From positions 673,993-693,992 of the forward strand of contig NW_005202427.1 of the NCBI RefSeq assembly GCF_000372725.1: a stretch of DNA of 20,000 nt, written 5' to 3'. The notes beneath the pieces were generated by a model. It was not told the DNA's origin, made no database searches, and saw nothing but the letters and a program-made list of their open reading frames with translations. The stretch is from Emiliania huxleyi CCMP1516 (taxonomy: Eukaryota). Shown here piece by piece: positions 16,488 to 20,000 of the stretch. A program made the position numbers and the translations under genes. The number at the start of each line of letters is the position of its first letter. Position 1 is the first letter of the stretch.

Positions 16488-18503
16488 TCACGCGTTCCAC
16501 GACGGGCACGAGCTCAACTCTGACTCGTGGATGTAGCAGATCCCGCCGTTGCAGCGGAAGCCGGCGCCCTCGCGGTGCCACCCAAAGCCCGCCTCACAGA
16601 GACCGAGATCGCGGAGGTGCTGGCGCAGCGCCGAATCCTTCTGGAAGAGCTCCTGCTCATTCTGGCAGACCGCCGCCTGCGTGGCCTTGAGCACCGTCGC
16701 CACCTGCGGCTTGAGCACTCGGATCACTGTCGCCTGGCTGGCGCCCGTCTTATCCACCACCCAGCCAAGCAGGTCATCAGCAAACGGCCCGCCCTGCTGC
16801 ACACCAGACAGCATCGTGACCAGCTCGCGCCGCCGCGCCTGAGACTCGTCGTACCCAAGCGAGACGCACGCCTCCTGCAGCGCCGCCGTGATCCGCTCGT
16901 CGTCGCTTCCGCTATCGCTCTCGCTGCCGTTGTCGCCCCCGGCCACACGCGTCTTCTCCCGCTGCTTGGTGCGCTCCACCGGAGGCCCCGCCCCTGCACC
17001 GCCACCGCCACCGCCGCCGCCACCGCCGCCACCGCCGCCGCCGCCGCCACCGCCACCGCCGCCACCACCGCCGCCGCCACCGCCACCGCCACCGCCCCCT
17101 CCACGGCTGGCGGACGGCGGCCTGGTCGCCCGTCGGGTCGGTGGAAGCGGTGGAGGCGGCGGTCGCTCAGACCGGCCGCGTGCGAGCGCCTCGAGCGCCG
17201 CGTCTGCGTCAGCGCCGACAAAGGCGGGCGTGTCCTCCTCGCCCGCCCCACCGAGGCGTACCGCGCGGGCAGAGAAAAGCTCGTCGTAAAGGGACTCTGC
17301 GTCACGCGCGTTCGCCCAGCCCGCAAAGCCGCGCAGCGCCTCGAGCGCGGCGCCGACGGCGCCGCCATCGCGAAGCTCGATCCCCTCGGCGCTGCAGCGC
17401 CGCCGCAGGTACGCCTCGACGTCGGCGGCGTCCCAGTCTGGAAACTGGAGGCGCTGCTTGAAGCGGGAGGCGAAGCCCGGGTTCGCGACAGCTAGCATGC
17501 GCTGCATCTCTGCCGGGTAGCCAGCCAGCGCGACGATGGTACGGCCGCGGTGCGCATCGGTCGAGAGGAGGTACGTGAGCTGGTCGACCGCCTCGCGCGA
17601 AAAGTAGCCCTGGCCGAGCGAGTAGGCCTCGTCAATGAAGATGAAGCCGCCCGGAGCCGACGCGAACAGCTCATTGACCTTTGTCTTGGTCTGGCCGACA
17701 TAGTCGCCCTGCAGGTTAAGTGCCGACTCGCAAGCAAAGGCGTCCGACGTGAGGACGCCGATTCGAAAGAGCTCGGAGGCCAGCAGCCGCGCCACCGTCG
17801 ATTTGCCCGTCCCCGACGCGCCCGTAAAGATGTAGTTGCCAACGTGCATCGCGGGCGCGTCGGGGGCGAGCTTGCCGTCGGCGCGAAGCCGCGCCGTGAC
17901 CGCCTCAATCGCGTCGAGGTGCGACAGCACGTGCTCGCACTTGTGCATCGAGGCGAGCCGCTCACGTGCGCCGCACCCCTTGTCGGCGCTCGCGGTGCCG
18001 AGCACGTCGCCAATCGTAAGCTCGCCATTGGCCGCGGCCGCCTCGCCGCGCGCGGCCAGCGCCGTCTTGGCGCGGCCGAGTAGCGAGTTGACCGCGCCGG
18101 CGTTGCCAAAGTTGGGCTGCACGCGCTCGCGAGAGAGGCTCGCGAGAGCCGCCTTGCGCACGGCGCGGGGCAGGCGGAGCCCGTCGCGCGCGGCTGCGCG
18201 GTGGAGGAGGAGCTCGAGCTGGGCGTCAGTAAAGTCGGCGAAGCGGAAGGCCGCCTCGAGGCTGAAGCGGCGCTGCAGCCCCGGGTTGGCGTCGCGGAGC
18301 ATCCGTTTCATCTGCGGCTCGTACCCGAGCAGCAGCACCGCGACGTCCTCTCCGGGCTCGTTGTGCACCAAGGAGACGAGCGTGTTGATGGCGGCCTCCC
18401 CGTACGACGAGCCGTGCAGACAGTACGCCTCGTCGATCACTAGCACCTACAGGGGTACGAGCCGTGCCGCGATGGCGAGCCGTGCAGCGAAATGCTGACC
18501 AGC

Positions 18504-18595
<92 letters not shown>

Positions 18596-18685
18596 TTGTG
18601 TGTGCGTGTGTTGGTGTGTTTGTTGTGTGTGTGTGTGTTTGTGTGTTTGTTGTGTGTGCGTGCGTGTGTGTGTGTGTGTGTGTGC

Positions 18686-18720
<35 letters not shown>

Positions 18721-20000
18721 GTTGTGTGTGTGTGTGTGTGTACCTTCCCCCTCGCCGCCTCGAGCAGCCGCGTCGTCTTCTCCTCGCTCTCGCCCACCGC
18801 AGAGCCGAGCAAGTCCGACGCCACCGCCAGAACCACACCCCCGTCACTCAGGTGCCCCGTGCCCTTGAGCACGCGGCCGTAGATTTTCGCCACCGTCGTC
18901 TTGCCCGTCCCAGGATTGCCGAGGAAGAGACGGTTGAGCGGGACGCGCAGGGGGTGTGCGCCGCGCAGCTCTCGCTTGTGGTTCGCCTCCGCGAGTCGCA
19001 CGAGAGCGGCGGTCGCCTCCTTCACCTCTCGCAGCCCCACCTTCTCCTCGAGCTCGCGCAGAGCCACGCCTAGGGGAGATCTGGGGAGATCTGGGGAGGT
19101 ATGGGGAGATATGCAGCCAGAGCTCGCGCAGAGCCACGCCGAGCGACGGAACGTGCTCCGGCGTCGGCGGCGGCCCGATGACGTCCAGGATCGTCAGCGT
19201 GGTCGATCGACCGCCACCACGCTCGAGAGCGCGGGAGTAGGCGGCCTCGTACACCTTGCGCACCTCCCTCGCGTTGCCGAAGCCCTTGGTGCCTCGGCCG
19301 CGCGCCGCGCGCCTCGCCGCCACCTCCGCGACCGCCGGCTCGAGAGTCCACATCCGAGTTGAGACTGAGTCGACGAAGATGTCGCGGAGGTCCGCCTGTT
19401 CACAGCGGGAGGTGTGAAGAGACGCTGTTCACAGCTGGACGATGATGTCGCGGTAGTCCGCCTCGCTGAAGTCCTCGAACTCAACCTCCTTGAACCGCGA
19501 GCGGAGCGCGGGGGCGTGCGCATAGAGCTTGCTCTCGATCTCCTCCTTGGTGCCCGTGAGGAGGATGGAGAGGCTCTCGCGCGAGCGCTCAGCGTGATCG
19601 GCCAGCAGCGAGAGGACGGCGCGGCCTTCGGCGGACTTTTTGGGCTCAATCGCGGCCGCGTCGTCAACCAGCAGCACCGACGCCTCCTCGAGCCGCGTCG
19701 ATGCCTCGTCGACGCCGTCACGCGCCAGCGCCTCGCCCGTCGTCTCATCGATGTCGTCTGCACAGCCCTCGCGCAGCCCCAGCTCGCAAAGCAGGCCGGC
19801 GAGGAGTCGTGCGACCTGCGCGCGCACAAAGAGGGGCGGTGGGGGCGAGGGGTGGAGAGTGGAGGTGAGGGGTGGTGGTCAGTGGAGGCGAGTGGTGGCG
19901 GCGGGGCGGGGGTGGGTGGGTTCGCGACCGTCGTCTTGCCGGTGCCGGGGTTGCCCAACAGCGCAAAGTTCAACGAAGTCTTTTCACGTTGCTGCTCGAG
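16488..20000 (-). CDS. Large ATPase with three tandem CbxX/CfxQ-SpoVK-type AAA domains and a C-terminal Cys motif, 5'-partial
   Basis: Exons >20000-19929, 19815-19462, 19395-19140, 19069-18744, 18446-16488; phases are consistent. Walker A motifs GNPGTGKTT (twice) and GASGTGKST. Walker B motifs VLLVDDA, VLVIDEAY and FIFIDEAY. Also NPGLQRRF, NPGFASRF, GFGNAREVR, NFGNAGAV, and a C-terminal LGLCEAGFGWHREGAGFRCNGG. Confidence 0.9.
16998..17100 (-). repeat. (GGC/GGT)n coding repeat, poly-Gly
   Basis: More than 30 Gly codons in the last exon of the AAA ATPase. Confidence 0.95.
18506..18741 (+). repeat. Compound (CT)n/(GT)n microsatellite in an AAA ATPase intron
   Basis: (ct)n followed by about 200 bp of imperfect (gt)n inside intron 18447-18743. 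Confidence 0.97.

Noticed and set aside
16488..20000. Annotation as Rubisco activase cbbX
   Set aside because: True CbbX is a single AAA domain of about 300 aa; this protein has three tandem domains plus extra regions.

Overview
Very GC-rich, intron-containing eukaryotic DNA. About 15 of 25 inferred introns have GC-AG ends and many carry 10-11 bp minisatellites (CTCTCCCCAT, CTAGGARCCTT), which suggests a haptophyte such as Emiliania/Gephyrocapsa huxleyi (inference). Genes in order: a minus-strand 3xCCCH + DEDDy 3'-5' exonuclease fusion running off the left edge (absent from the ORF track); a frameshifted duplicate of its 5' end; a divergent 13-exon tRNase Z-L (ELAC2-like); a Cys-repeat/Pro-rich protein; an ATG-less orphan ORF; a plant/algal GNAT-like gene; an intronless, 5'-truncated S1 sulfatase next to a G-run repeat; a Sec14/CRAL-TRIO gene; an EamA/DMT transporter; and a triple CbxX/SpoVK-type AAA ATPase running off the right edge. 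The main non-genic signals are: (i) at least seven introns built from a duplication of their own exon junction around a minisatellite; (ii) a dispersed intergenic motif family (about 8 pieces, both strands) tied to a 52-bp loopless palindrome; (iii) a duplicated, scrambled bidirectional promoter. All exon models were read by eye and need transcript confirmation.
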